From contig CAVYLP010000004.1 in the NCBI GenBank assembly GCA_963769425.1, positions 192,001 to 256,000 on the forward strand: a stretch of DNA of 64,000 nucleotides, given 5' to 3'. The translations under genes were made by a program, and so were the position numbers. The notes beneath the pieces are model-generated. The model did not search any database and had not been told where the DNA came from. It worked only from the letters and a program-made list of their open reading frames with translations. Source of the DNA: Candidatus Bathyarchaeota archaeon. GTDB lineage: Archaea; Thermoproteota; Bathyarchaeia; TCS64. Of this stretch, positions 9,799 to 19,338 are shown in pieces. Positions within the stretch are counted from its first letter, which is position 1. Each line of letters opens with the position of its first letter.

Positions 9799-10603
9799 AT
9801 GAAGCTCGGCGAGGTCAGGTGCAAGAGCATCCTGGGGACCAGCGGCATCGGCGGGATGGACTACGCCGTTAACCCCTACCTCGGCTGCAGCCACGCCTGT
9901 GTGTACTGCTACGCACGCTTCATGAGGAGGATGGGCCACCCCGGCGAACCATGGGGGAGCTTCGTCGACGCAAAGGTGAACGCCGTCGAGAGGATCCGCG
10001 AGGAGGCGGCAAAGAAACCGCTGGGCAAGGTCCTTCTGAGCAGCGTGACCGACGCCTACCAACCGATAGAGAAAAAGTATCAGCTTACCCGGAATTGTCT
10101 AGAAGTCCTCCTGGATCATGGATTCAGCGTTGACATCCTGACCAAAAGTGACCTTGTACTCAGGGACCTTGATCTCATCGAGCGGACTCGACGACGCAGA
10201 GGTCGGCTTAACCATCACGAGCTTGGATGACTCAGTCAGAAGGGCATTCGAGCCCGGAGCATCCCCGATTCAGGCAAGATTAGAGACGCTGAAGAGGTTT
10301 AGCGATGAAGGCATCAGGACCTATGCCTTCCTTGGACCAATGCTCCCCTATCTAAGCGACGAGCACCTCGAGGAACTACTAAACATTTTAGCAGACCGGG
10401 TGAATCGGCTTATAGTCGATCGGTTGAACATCAAGTGCGGCAACATGCCAGATATCAGAGGGGCGCTTGAGGCTCATTACCCCGACCTTGAACCAATGTT
10501 CGAGGCAGCACTGACCCCCGACTCCAATTACTATAAGGAGCTTGGATCAAAGGTCTCCAAGATGTGCAGGGATAGATCGATCCCGGTGGATATAATCTTC
10601 TGA
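9799..10603 (+). CDS. Radical SAM protein (SplB/Rv2578c-like), split by a frameshift near 10185
   Basis: NPYLGCSHACVYCYA, SVTDAYQPIE, ILTKS in ORF 9799-10230; continues VGLTITSLD..FEPGA in ORF 10148-10603. Confidence 0.85.
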
Positions 10604-10624
10604 GCAAGTTACTTATCCCCACAC

Positions 10625-11662
10625 TTGATTGTTACGGGTATGAGCCTTCGAGACAGGGCTGATGCCTTATTCTCTGCATACACAGGAGCTGTGCCTGGTG
10701 CGTCCTTCGTGATCGTCAAGGAGGGTGAATTACTCCTCAACAAGAGCTACGGGATGGCAGAGCTCGAGTCTAAGATCCCAGTAAACTACTCGTCGAATTT
10801 CCGCTTAGCTTCCGTAACGAAGGCCTTCACTGCTATGTGTGTCCTCAAACTCGTCGACTCGGGGAAGATTAGCCTCGATGACAGGTTGTCCACATTCATC
10901 TCCAGTCTACCCAGGTACGCTCACGATATCACTGTGAGGCAGATGCTTGGCCACACCTCTGGTCTAGTCGATTACGAGGCGGATGTTCCAAATGACTACC
11001 TTGGGCAGGTGCATGAGGATTATGTCATCGAGAAAGTGAAAAGTACCCCTTCCACGTATTTCCCACCTGGTTCAAAGTTCCAGTACAGTGATACCGCCTA
11101 TGTGCTCCTCGCTGTGATCGTCGAGCGCGTATCTGGAGTCCCATTCAGGAGGTTCATGGAGCATGAGATTTTCAATAAAGTAGGGATGTCAGGTTCGAGG
11201 CTCTACGAAGGCGAGAACGTCAAGATCAAGGATAGGGCATACGGCTACACGAAAAGCGGTAGCGGGTTCAAGCCCAACGACCAGAGTAAGACGAGCGCGA
11301 CACTTGGAGATGGCTGCGTTTACTCTTCTACTAACGATCTCGTGAAGTGGGATAAGGCGCTCAAATTGGGTAGACTTGTTAGTGAGGATCTTCTCAGACA
11401 GGCATTCAGCCCTGGAAAGCTGCTAGATGGCACAGCAACGGAGTATGGCTTTGGCTGGTTCATCCTGAACCAGAATGGACAGAAGATATTCCACCACGTC
11501 GGGGAGACCGCAGGTTTCCTGAACAAATTCATACGGATACCCGAGAAGAGGATTGCGCTGATCATCCTCACAAACAGGGACTCTTGGGATCTCTCGCTTC
11601 AGAAGAAACCCACGGAGGCTGAAGACACTATTGGGCTTCTGAAATATTTTGATCTAATTTAA
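10625..11662 (+). CDS. Serine hydrolase, beta-lactamase/AmpC family
   Basis: ASVTK (SxxK), LGHTSG, YSD, YGFGW, HVGETAGF. Confidence 0.9.
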   Translation: MIVTGMSLRDRADALFSAYTGAVPGASFVIVKEGELLLNKSYGMAELESKIPVNYSSNFRLASVTKAFTAMCVLKLVDSGKISLDDRLSTFISSLPRYAHDITVRQMLGHTSGLVDYEADVPNDYLGQVHEDYVIEKVKSTPSTYFPPGSKFQYSDTAYVLLAVIVERVSGVPFRRFMEHEIFNKVGMSGSRLYEGENVKIKDRAYGYTKSGSGFKPNDQSKTSATLGDGCVYSSTNDLVKWDKALKLGRLVSEDLLRQAFSPGKLLDGTATEYGFGWFILNQNGQKIFHHVGETAGFLNKFIRIPEKRIALIILTNRDSWDLSLQKKPTEAEDTIGLLKYFDLI

Positions 11663-11674
11663 AAAAATTCTAAA

Positions 11675-12307
11675 CTAGCGGGTTCTCTCGACGAGCTCTT
11701 CTACCTTCGCCTTAGCACCGCCCATTATGTCCTTGCCGTGGGCGTAGAGGAGGTAATCGAAGTCGTACTTGAGGAGCCTATCCATCTCCTTCGCAGCCTG
11801 CTTAGCGTCAAGGCAGTACTTCTCCGGCGGTGGAATCAGGTTACTATCGACGTCCCCGAAGACTGTGTCACCAGCGATGATCGCCTTCTGCTTTCTGAGG
11901 TAGAAGCTTGAGTTGCCCTCACTGTGGCCGGGGACCCAAATGACCTCGATGCCGCCACAATATGGAATGACCTCACCATCCTCTAAGCCCTCAATTTTAA
12001 CTCCGACTGCTTTCTCAATGAGTGGTGCCTCCAGTTTATGGGCCTTGATGGGTGCGCCGGTGAGCTCCTTGAGTTGGGGGAGGTTCTTTGTGTGATCGCC
12101 GTGTTTGTGGGTGACGAGTATTAGCTTAACATCCCTCCACCCTTTCTTCATCGATTTGAGCTCGGCGCCGATGTTGTCTACGTGCTGTGGGGTCATGCCT
12201 CCATCGACGAGGACGACTCCCTCCTTGCAGTCTAGGACCCAGCACTCCATGCTGTGGTCCTTATTATCTGAGTTGTCTATGCTGTGGACTCCCTTGAGGA
12301 CTTCCAT
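11675..12307 (-). CDS. MBL-fold metallo-hydrolase
   Basis: THKHGDH, PGHS, AGD, HG. Confidence 0.9.
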   Translation of the reverse strand: MEVLKGVHSIDNSDNKDHSMECWVLDCKEGVVLVDGGMTPQHVDNIGAELKSMKKGWRDVKLILVTHKHGDHTKNLPQLKELTGAPIKAHKLEAPLIEKAVGVKIEGLEDGEVIPYCGGIEVIWVPGHSEGNSSFYLRKQKAIIAGDTVFGDVDSNLIPPPEKYCLDAKQAAKEMDRLLKYDFDYLLYAHGKDIMGGAKAKVEELVERTR

Positions 12308-12350
12308 AGTTGACGTGTTTGAAGGGGTGTACTTAAAATCAAAGCCTGCC

Positions 12351-13007
12351 TCATGGGGCTGGTGTTGTATTAGCCTTTAATGGGGCTGGCGGGATGTATT
12401 TCGCGTAGAGTTTACTGGCTAACTCAGGACTGATGTTGAGCTTCATTACGTCTCCTTTGTGAGGCTCTGTTCCAAAGTAGATGAAGCCCATTTTCTCGTA
12501 GAACTTCCTGAGTTGGCGCCCCTTCTCGTCCTGCTCCTCGGTGTAGAGGGTGACATAACTTTTACCAGCGTTCTGCGCATGGACGACTATGAGTGTTGCG
12601 AGAGTGTGGCCGATACCCTTTCTCTCGACCATTGAGGCCAGGGTATCGAGGAAAAAACCGTTCTCGGGCTCGTCATAGCCGTACACTATGCCAAGCGGCT
12701 GACCGCCACACTCGGCGAGGATGAGGAGGAAGCCTGGGATAGAGCTGTGGTCGAGGACTTCCTCGTGTCTGTATCTTAGTTCCTCTCTGAATTTCTGGGC
12801 ATCCACTTGGAGGATTGCGTGGACGAGGGAGTCGTTCAACCTATGATGGATCTGAATCGTACAATCTTTGCCTACTATCTGGCTAAGTCTAGCCTTCGTG
12901 GCGGCAACGGCCTCGGCGAGCGTCGGAACGCTGGCGCTCATCGTTGATTGACTGTGTATCGGTCTCCTCCATATCCTTTGTCGATGTTTTTTCGACCGGG
13001 GTCCCAT
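12351..13007 (-). CDS. GNAT family N-acetyltransferase
   Basis: ERKGIGHTL acetyl-CoA motif, FYEKMGF; real start probably near 12940. Confidence 0.75.
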   Translation of the reverse strand: MGPRSKKHRQRIWRRPIHSQSTMSASVPTLAEAVAATKARLSQIVGKDCTIQIHHRLNDSLVHAILQVDAQKFREELRYRHEEVLDHSSIPGFLLILAECGGQPLGIVYGYDEPENGFFLDTLASMVERKGIGHTLATLIVVHAQNAGKSYVTLYTEEQDEKGRQLRKFYEKMGFIYFGTEPHKGDVMKLNISPELASKLYAKYIPPAPLKANTTPAP

Positions 13008-13236
13008 TGGGGCGATGTATTCCTTTCAAAATTACGCGATTTTAAGCCCCCGTTTCGTGTATCTCCGCTTAAAACGTGTCAATTTCATTTTAGTTGAGGT
13101 GCGTTTTTACCTCCTCGATGACACCTCAGTCGAAAAAATCGACTCTCATCTGAAGCATATTTTTACCCTATTTGGTAAACCAAGCCTATTTTTAGGTTGT
13201 TTCCTAGGATTTTTTGGGGTATTGCTGTGAGGGGTT

Positions 13237-13848
13237 TCATTGCCTTCTAAGAGGCTCCCTCCACATACACCATAAGCTGGGACCGTCCAAGAGGCGGACC
13301 TCTTCGGTGATCTTGAATCCATTACGCTGGTAGAGTGGGTTGTTTCTGGGATTGCTGCTCTCCAAGTAAGCGGGGATACCCTGTTCGTCCAGGCGACTGA
13401 GAGTGTAATGTAAGAGGGCTGAAGCATAGCCCTGCCCCTGCTTGCTCGGATCGACACCTATAACGTCAAGGTACTGGTGGGGGACACGTGGTCTGTGATC
13501 ATCGCAGGCTTTGATGAACGCCATCATCCTGCGGACCCGTCCTAGACCAGAGTAGCCAATCAAATGAGGAAGTGTGAGAATGGGGTCGATAGGGCTGTGG
13601 AATTCGTTCAATGCTTCGGGTGGTGCCCATATGGCACAGGCGTTGAGGTCGGTGGTCGTTGTCTCCTCCCCGTAGCGAAGGGTTCCCTGAATTCCTCTGC
13701 GGAACATTGTGCGAAGGGCGTTCATCCTACCTGCGTCTGTGCGCATTGCCCAGTCGATTACGGGGTCAGTGCTAAATGCTTGGGTTAGGACTTCGGAGAG
13801 GCGCGGGATGTCCTCTTTCCTGAGCTCCCTTACCTCTATGCCCGACAC
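13237..13848 (-). CDS. GNAT family N-acetyltransferase
   Basis: YLDVIGVDPSKQGQGYAS, YLESSNPRN..LYQRNGF. Confidence 0.9.
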   Translation of the reverse strand: MSGIEVRELRKEDIPRLSEVLTQAFSTDPVIDWAMRTDAGRMNALRTMFRRGIQGTLRYGEETTTTDLNACAIWAPPEALNEFHSPIDPILTLPHLIGYSGLGRVRRMMAFIKACDDHRPRVPHQYLDVIGVDPSKQGQGYASALLHYTLSRLDEQGIPAYLESSNPRNNPLYQRNGFKITEEVRLLDGPSLWCMWREPLRRQ

Positions 13849-13925
13849 GGGGGATTAGGAGTTGATTCCAGAGATAACCCTTTCATATGGAAAGTTAGAA
13901 AGGGCGGGCTTCCCGTCGAGAGCCT

Positions 13926-14276
13926 ATGCCTTTTGAGCGTCGCGGCGAGAAGCTGCTGCCGAGGAAGGCTTTCGTCTCGAGGGTGGTGAAGTATACCCTT
14001 CTATCCCTCGCTCTAGTCGTAGCCTCGCTCTTAGTCGGAATCCTCGGCTACACACAGCTTGGTGGTCTTTCACTCGTGGATGCTTTTCTCAACTCGGCTA
14101 TGATTATGGGTGGCATGGGCCCGGTCAATGTGCTCAGTAACGACTCGGCTAAACTGTTCGCAGGTTTCTACGCCCTCTGGTGCGGGTTCGTCGAGCTAGT
14201 CGCAGTCGGGATATTCGCTGCCCCTATCGTCCACCGCCTCCTCCACAGGTTCCATCTTGAAGGTGGTCGGGACTAA
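13926..14276 (+). CDS. Small 2-TM membrane protein with channel pore-like segment
   Basis: TM-GY..LSLVDAFLNSAMIMGGMGP-TM layout. Confidence 0.65.
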   Translation: MPFERRGEKLLPRKAFVSRVVKYTLLSLALVVASLLVGILGYTQLGGLSLVDAFLNSAMIMGGMGPVNVLSNDSAKLFAGFYALWCGFVELVAVGIFAAPIVHRLLHRFHLEGGRD

Positions 14277-14419
14277 TCATCCTTCAGCGGGGCCCTTTCG
14301 AGCATGGGCCAGATCACATATTAAATGGCAGAATAAGAAATACACTTCAATCTTGAATAGTATGTTAAACGCATCAACTTTCAGAAAATATCTTTTTATA
14401 GAATGTGTATTCGAAGTTT

Positions 14420-14536
14420 AAGAGGATCAGGAACGGGGAGCACTAGACCCTTGAGACGCTTATCAATGAAGAGGCATTGTTATTCGCCAAGTATCTTAGA
14501 GGAGAGATTAAAGTATGGATTCCTAGAATAGTTTAA
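14420..14536 (+). pseudogene. cas1: Decayed 3' end of a second cas1 copy
   Basis: Translates KRIRNGEH*TLETLINEEALLFAKYLRGEIKVWIPRIV*; 28 of 36 residues match the C-terminus of the cas1 at 20241-20348 (KRIRNGEHQTIETLINEESLLFAKYLRNERIEWSPR); in-frame TAG. Confidence 0.88.
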
Positions 14537-14569
14537 ACCCTTAACGAAAGTCGGTTTAACGCGAACAGA

Positions 14570-15349
14570 CTAGTCCATTAGCGCACCCGCGTCTACGTTT
14601 ATGTCCTGTCCGGTAATGTTAATTGAATCCTCCGAGGCGAGGAAAACAGCCAACTTCGCAACGTCATCCGCCGAAATCAAGCAATTAAGAGAGGACTGTG
14701 ACAAAAACCTCTGCTTGACAACATCTCTCGGGACACCTTCCTTCGCAGCAACCTGATCACAAACCATCTCGATCCTCGGCCCAGCCACAGGACCCGGACA
14801 AATAGCGTTTGCTGTTATCCCGAACTTACCCAACTCAACAGCAAGCCCTCTGGTGAAGCCAATCAACCCCATCTTTGTCGCAGGGTAAGGGGATCTGTTC
14901 GCCAGCGGCTTTTTGGCAGCCGTAGAGGAAATGTTGACGATCTTCCCATATCTATGTTCAATCATTGTCGGCACAATGGCTCTGCAGCAGAGAAATGCTC
15001 CTCTAAGATTCACAGCGAAGATTTCATCCCACTGTTCGGGTGTAACCTCGTAGATTGGCACAGTTGGTCCTGCGATGCCGGAGTTGTTCACTAGAATGTC
15101 TATTTTACCGAACTCATTGATAGTATCCTTAGCTGCATGGTTAACCTGTTCGACGCTCGTTATGTCCATGGTATTAACCAGAGCCTTCCGATCAAGTGCC
15201 CTGATTTCTCGTGCTACGTCTTCCATCTGATTGGTTGACTTCGCTGCTAGAGAAACATGTGCGCCTTCGTGCGCAAACATCAGGGAGATTGCTTTACCTA
15301 TCCCGACGCCTCCACCTGTGATGAATGCGACTCTATTTTCAAGTTTCAA
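14570..15349 (-). CDS. SDR family oxidoreductase (island cargo)
   Basis: TGGGVGIG, NNSG, YPATK (YxxxK), ICPG. Confidence 0.92.
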   Translation of the reverse strand: MKLENRVAFITGGGVGIGKAISLMFAHEGAHVSLAAKSTNQMEDVAREIRALDRKALVNTMDITSVEQVNHAAKDTINEFGKIDILVNNSGIAGPTVPIYEVTPEQWDEIFAVNLRGAFLCCRAIVPTMIEHRYGKIVNISSTAAKKPLANRSPYPATKMGLIGFTRGLAVELGKFGITANAICPGPVAGPRIEMVCDQVAAKEGVPRDVVKQRFLSQSSLNCLISADDVAKLAVFLASEDSINITGQDINVDAGALMD

Positions 15350-15399
15350 ATAAAACGCCTCATTCTTTGATCGATATCAATAGCGCTTGTAATAAAACT

Positions 15400-15436
15400 G
15401 ATGAGAGGGTTTGGGTTTGGGGGATAAGACTTTATC
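15400..15436 (+). repeat. End motif copy A (GATGAGAGGGTTTGGGTTTGGGGGATAAGACTTTATC)
   Basis: 22-bp exact match 15413-15434 to 22299-22320; 19-bp exact match 15408-15426 to 25160-25178; terminal CCC missing. Confidence 0.85.
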
Positions 15437-16479
15437 TATCATTAAAAAATAGTGATCTCGGTATAAGTGCATATTATAGAGAAAACCCTATTAAATCTAA
15501 TCCAAATAAATTTGCTAGACATTTAATAAAAGAAAAGGTCGATAAAATATTAGAGTATAAACTATTACAAATAGATAATAATTACTTAATGATTGAATTT
15601 ATAATATCATTTGTCGATCATTTTAATGAACAATTAGGGATAATAGTATCTGATAACTATTCTTTAGATGAAATTGAGAAAGGATTTTTTAGATATTTAC
15701 CAATATGGCTAGATGAAGCCATTAAATTTATGCTTAGAACAAAAAGAAATGGGGTTACTTCAATTGAACGGTTATTATATAAAAAACCTTATTTTAATCC
15801 AGATATGCTCAAATCCCAAATTATGAAAGATGAAAGGGAAGAAATACGTAAGAAGGTTGTTGATAGGTTAAATAAAGATGAAAGTATTTCCCTATCCATT
15901 GGAAATGAAAAATATCCAATGAAATTGTTCCATGATTTTTTTATAAGATTAAAATTAATGGGTATTAAAGACATACATAGAATATACCGAAAAAAAGATT
16001 ATAATAGACTCAGTAACGGAGGATTAATATGGAATCTTTTATCAGAAGAGGCTTTAAGCTATAATTTAAATATTTTTTTTAATAACTTTTTTAAGATTTA
16101 TTCAGAAATTATACAACTAAATTTTCCTAAAATATCAAATAAGATTAATAAGTATAAAAATTTGTCAGGGATTTTATTAATTTATAAATCTTTAGATCAC
16201 TATGAAGATGGAAAAGAAGTACCGAGTATACGATATTACTATTTACATAATAAAGAAAATTTCAACTTTAACATATTTATCTATAAAGAAAACGAAATAA
16301 AAGAGTTAAAAAACAACACTCCTGAAGCAATAATTAATATAAACAAGGTAGAATATCAAGCCGTATTAACCGGATCTCAAATATTAGATTTTATTTATGA
16401 TGATTTACCAATGTTCACGTATCTATACGAAGATATCAAAGGAGATTTGAACGAATATTTTGAAAATAATGAAGACTAA
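15437..16479 (+). pseudogene. AT-rich ORF, probably the C-terminal part of a larger protein cut at end motif A
   Basis: Open frame to 16479; composition switches exactly after the motif; the upstream part of the called ORF overlaps the SDR gene and the repeat. Confidence 0.55.
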
Positions 16480-16603
16480 TTATAGAATTTTTGAGAATAT
16501 TTTCCGTTTTTATCTATTCGCTTATACTTTCTTTATCACGTTTTCACATATTATGTGTATTATCGAACAATATTAAAAAAACCAATATTAACATAAATAA
16601 CCT

Positions 16604-17287
16604 TTAAAGGTGGTTAACATTTAATTTAATTAATAAATTAATACTTCCTTCAGGCATTTTTTCTTGAGGCATTTCAATCATATCTTTTGATGTAGGACAT
16701 GAAGGTTGTAATAATTTAAATTGATCAAGAATTGTGTCCCAATGAGCTAATTTAATATTTTCACTTTTATATAGTAATTTTCTTGTGTCAAACATTTTAT
16801 CAAATAATGATTCGTGTCTTTGATGTGGTATTTCGGATTTCCTTTCTATTTTGGTATTACTACTACCTATAATTATTCCACCGATTTTCACATTTTTTGG
16901 ATCTTGTATTTTAAAATCATTTAAAAACTGTTGATTATTTTTTTGATCTAAATAATAATGTAGTAATTGATTTTCTGCTTTTACTAAATCGTCGCTTGGT
17001 TTTAGCCTGTTTTCATTATCTTTTTTAAAAATAAAACATTGTGGAGCTTTAGCTTCCCAAATAAATGCTTCATTATACTGTGTTCCTAAATCATCTTCGG
17101 TTATACCGGATATGATAATATCTGAGTCCCCTGAATTTCCTCGGTATTCTATATCTATTTTAATTTTATTGATCAATTTATCTCTAAATAAATAATTTTC
17201 TAATTTTATTAAATATTTTTTACATTGCTCTTCCTTATTTGAATCGCTTTCAATTAATTTTTTTAATTCGTCGTAATCAGATGTCAT
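16604..17287 (-). CDS. Shedu (SduA/DUF4263)-like PD-(D/E)xK nuclease
   Basis: E..C..YL, DSDII, WEAKAPQ..IF, PSDDLVKAENQLLHY (QxxxY), GIIIG, HWD follow the DUF4263 motif order. Confidence 0.7.
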   Translation of the reverse strand: MTSDYDELKKLIESDSNKEEQCKKYLIKLENYLFRDKLINKIKIDIEYRGNSGDSDIIISGITEDDLGTQYNEAFIWEAKAPQCFIFKKDNENRLKPSDDLVKAENQLLHYYLDQKNNQQFLNDFKIQDPKNVKIGGIIIGSSNTKIERKSEIPHQRHESLFDKMFDTRKLLYKSENIKLAHWDTILDQFKLLQPSCPTSKDMIEMPQEKMPEGSINLLIKLNVNHL

Positions 17288-17541
17288 AATTTAACACCTT
17301 GTTTCATTTTTAAAAAATATGAAATTAAATCTTCTAGATAATCAAGATAATTTTCTTTATTAATTATTTCTCCAAACGATATTAAAATACATAGTTTTAG
17401 AGAATAACTTAAAATTCCGATATCTTTTACATTAATAGATTGTTTATGATTATCTATTATTATTGTACTATCTTTTCCCAGCGTTATACTAAATCCGTTA
17501 ACACTACAATATGAAATAAAAAAATTTCTACTATTATTCAC
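17284..17541 (-). CDS. Small hypothetical protein coupled to the Shedu-like gene
   Basis: 85-aa AT-rich ORF whose stop overlaps the start of 16604-17287. Confidence 0.45.
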   Translation of the reverse strand: MNNSRNFFISYCSVNGFSITLGKDSTIIIDNHKQSINVKDIGILSYSLKLCILISFGEIINKENYLDYLEDLISYFLKMKQGVKL

Positions 17542-17612
17542 TACCCATGCAGATTTTGTTTCATCTATTTCTGTTTTGAATAAACCAAGAAACGGAAAAA
17601 TATTTTTATCAA

Positions 17613-17753
17613 CTAATCCTCAAGCTTGAACCAGTAACAGGTTCTCCTTGCCCAGTACTTCACAAGCATCAACGGGACTCCATCGAAGTCAAGCTTCACC
17701 GTTGACTTGTCAGAGATTCCGAGGATAAAATTAGGATTCGACTCGCTTGTCAA
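17613..17753 (-). pseudogene. Short or truncated ORF with a hhDhD motif (possible AEP primase-like N-terminus)
   Basis: TTG..MTSESNPNFILGISDKSTVKLDFDGVPLMLVKYWARRTCYWFKLED*; overlaps the upstream gene end; stops where AT-rich DNA begins. Confidence 0.4.
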
Positions 17754-18078
17754 CCCAATAACCCCCAGTCGAATATCTATCAGGATTAATCAGAAAATCA
17801 CCACAGGACACTGAAACAAAACGACCCCTAGGGGGATGATTCACAGCATACGCGATACACTGATACAAGTCCCTCCCTGACCCATTGTAGAACTCGTACC
17901 TTCGCGATGCACTACCCTCCCTAGTCACGCTGTAGCCATACATGGCGACACTCTTACCGACAAACGACCTTGAAACCGTGACTTCGACGTACCTCACCCA
18001 GTGTGTGAACCTGCCCCTAGAGTCGCGGGTAACGGTGAACCTCCCTCTATTGCCCCAAGTCTCATTCCGCGTCGGCAT
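17731..18078 (-). CDS. Basic hypothetical protein with RDSRGRF motif
   Basis: 115-aa ORF with GGAG upstream, overlapping its neighbours in an operon. Confidence 0.7.
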   Translation of the reverse strand: MPTRNETWGNRGRFTVTRDSRGRFTHWVRYVEVTVSRSFVGKSVAMYGYSVTREGSASRRYEFYNGSGRDLYQCIAYAVNHPPRGRFVSVSCGDFLINPDRYSTGGYWVDKRVES

Positions 18079-18493
18079 TGGTGGGCTCCTCCTTCGGGAT
18101 TCCTAGGAAAATTAGGTTGCCGTTATCGAGTTTCACAATGTCCCATGCTAGGCATGATTTCAGGTAGTCCTCAAGGTAGCGGGTATCTACCCCGATGTAG
18201 CTCCTGAGGCGTGGCTTGATGAAATCATTCCAGTTTCTGCCCGAGTTTTCACTTATGAATAAGATGAATCTTTCCCAGTGTGTGTAGGCGATTTGCTTCG
18301 AGAGGTTCTGTTTCTCGATCCCAATGTGCTTTAGAACCGCCTCAATTTTTTGATTTTCTGAATGCACGAGGTTGAGTTTGGGTTTGATTTGAAAGTCATT
18401 AATTTCAACCCATCTTCTGTGGCATTCTGGACTGCAGAACTTGTGAGGCTCCGGGATCTCCTTCCCGCATTCGGGGTTTCCGCATGTGGGCAT
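18062..18493 (-). CDS. Zn-finger (CxxxxC..CSPEC) plus putative winged-helix protein
   Basis: N-terminal Cys cluster; GGAGGTGA SD; TAATG coupling to the upstream ORF. Confidence 0.7.
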   Translation of the reverse strand: MPTCGNPECGKEIPEPHKFCSPECHRRWVEINDFQIKPKLNLVHSENQKIEAVLKHIGIEKQNLSKQIAYTHWERFILFISENSGRNWNDFIKPRLRSYIGVDTRYLEDYLKSCLAWDIVKLDNGNLIFLGIPKEEPTNADAE

Positions 18494-18633
18494 TAACTCA
18501 CCTCCTTCGGGTCGTTATACTTCGTTTTCATCGTCCGACGTACATCGAGGCGATAGTGCAGATAGAAGCAGTACTTCTGCCCCTCGTGGTTGGATACGAA
18601 CTCTTTCCCACAAAACTCACATTTCTTCAACAT
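18493..18633 (-). CDS. Small Zn-finger protein (46 aa), below the ORF track size range
   Basis: MLKKCEFCGKEFVSNHEGQKYCFYLH...; stop overlaps the next ATG (TAATG). Confidence 0.7.
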   Translation of the reverse strand: MLKKCEFCGKEFVSNHEGQKYCFYLHYRLDVRRTMKTKYNDPKEVS

Positions 18634-18682
18634 TTAGACCGGATTATGTCTCACTCGCAAAGTATTTAATTATGATAAGACG

Positions 18683-18720
18683 TGTCATAATATGACAAAT
18701 GTCATGACGGTGATTGTCAT
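18683..18720. promoter_or_regulatory. Operator-like array of TGTCAT/ATGACA half-sites between divergent operons
   Basis: TGTCAT-aat-ATGACA-aa-TGTCATGAC-ggtgat-TGTCAT. Confidence 0.7.
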
Positions 18721-18735
18721 ACATCGGGTGGTTTA

Positions 18736-19338
18736 ATGGCTAAACGCAAAACTCTTGGATCAACTCAGGAAAAGATCGTCCTCTATCTTGCTAATAACCC
18801 CGGAAAAACAATGAGCGACATGCAAAAGGACTTTGGCATTCCCAGAAACTCATACAACGTAATTCATAGACCCACTAAGGTACTAGAAGAAATGGGGTAC
18901 GTCACATTTAGTGAGAAACCTTCAGAAAAGGCTCGACCAAAGTATCCCGTTTCTCTAACTGAAAAAGGAGTACTCTACGCCCTATCCAAGACGCCAGAAA
19001 TAAAGAAAATAAAAAAGATCCTAGGCAACTACTCTACGATATACCCCGGTTTTAAGAGATACTTGGAATTATCGCAGGAGTTAGGTGATGAACTTTTCAT
19101 AAAAATATCTCCAAACCTGTTCTATTCCTATTCAATGTATGACACTGCGAAAAGTGAAGATGACAGATTGCAAATTGGTTGGTCATTAGGGGCTATTTTC
19201 GGTTCAGAGATGGACGAAGAGGATCGCGAAAAATTCTTTGATGTTATTTTCAAAATTTACCCTGAGTTTTTACCAGAATTCAATAAGATGGCGGAACAGT
19301 TCATGAAAATGTTCCGGAAATATGGTGCGTCTATTTGA
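18736..19338 (+). CDS. Winged-helix (MarR/ArsR-like) DNA-binding protein
   Basis: TQEKIVLYL..N-terminal HTH, LEEMGYV, SLTEKG wing. Confidence 0.75.
   Translation: MAKRKTLGSTQEKIVLYLANNPGKTMSDMQKDFGIPRNSYNVIHRPTKVLEEMGYVTFSEKPSEKARPKYPVSLTEKGVLYALSKTPEIKKIKKILGNYSTIYPGFKRYLELSQELGDELFIKISPNLFYSYSMYDTAKSEDDRLQIGWSLGAIFGSEMDEEDREKFFDVIFKIYPEFLPEFNKMAEQFMKMFRKYGASI

Noticed and set aside
13010-13235. AT-rich intergenic stretch sharing AAGCCTATTTT (inverted) with about 49010
   Set aside because: Only an 11-bp match with no clear terminal repeats; not enough to call a MITE.
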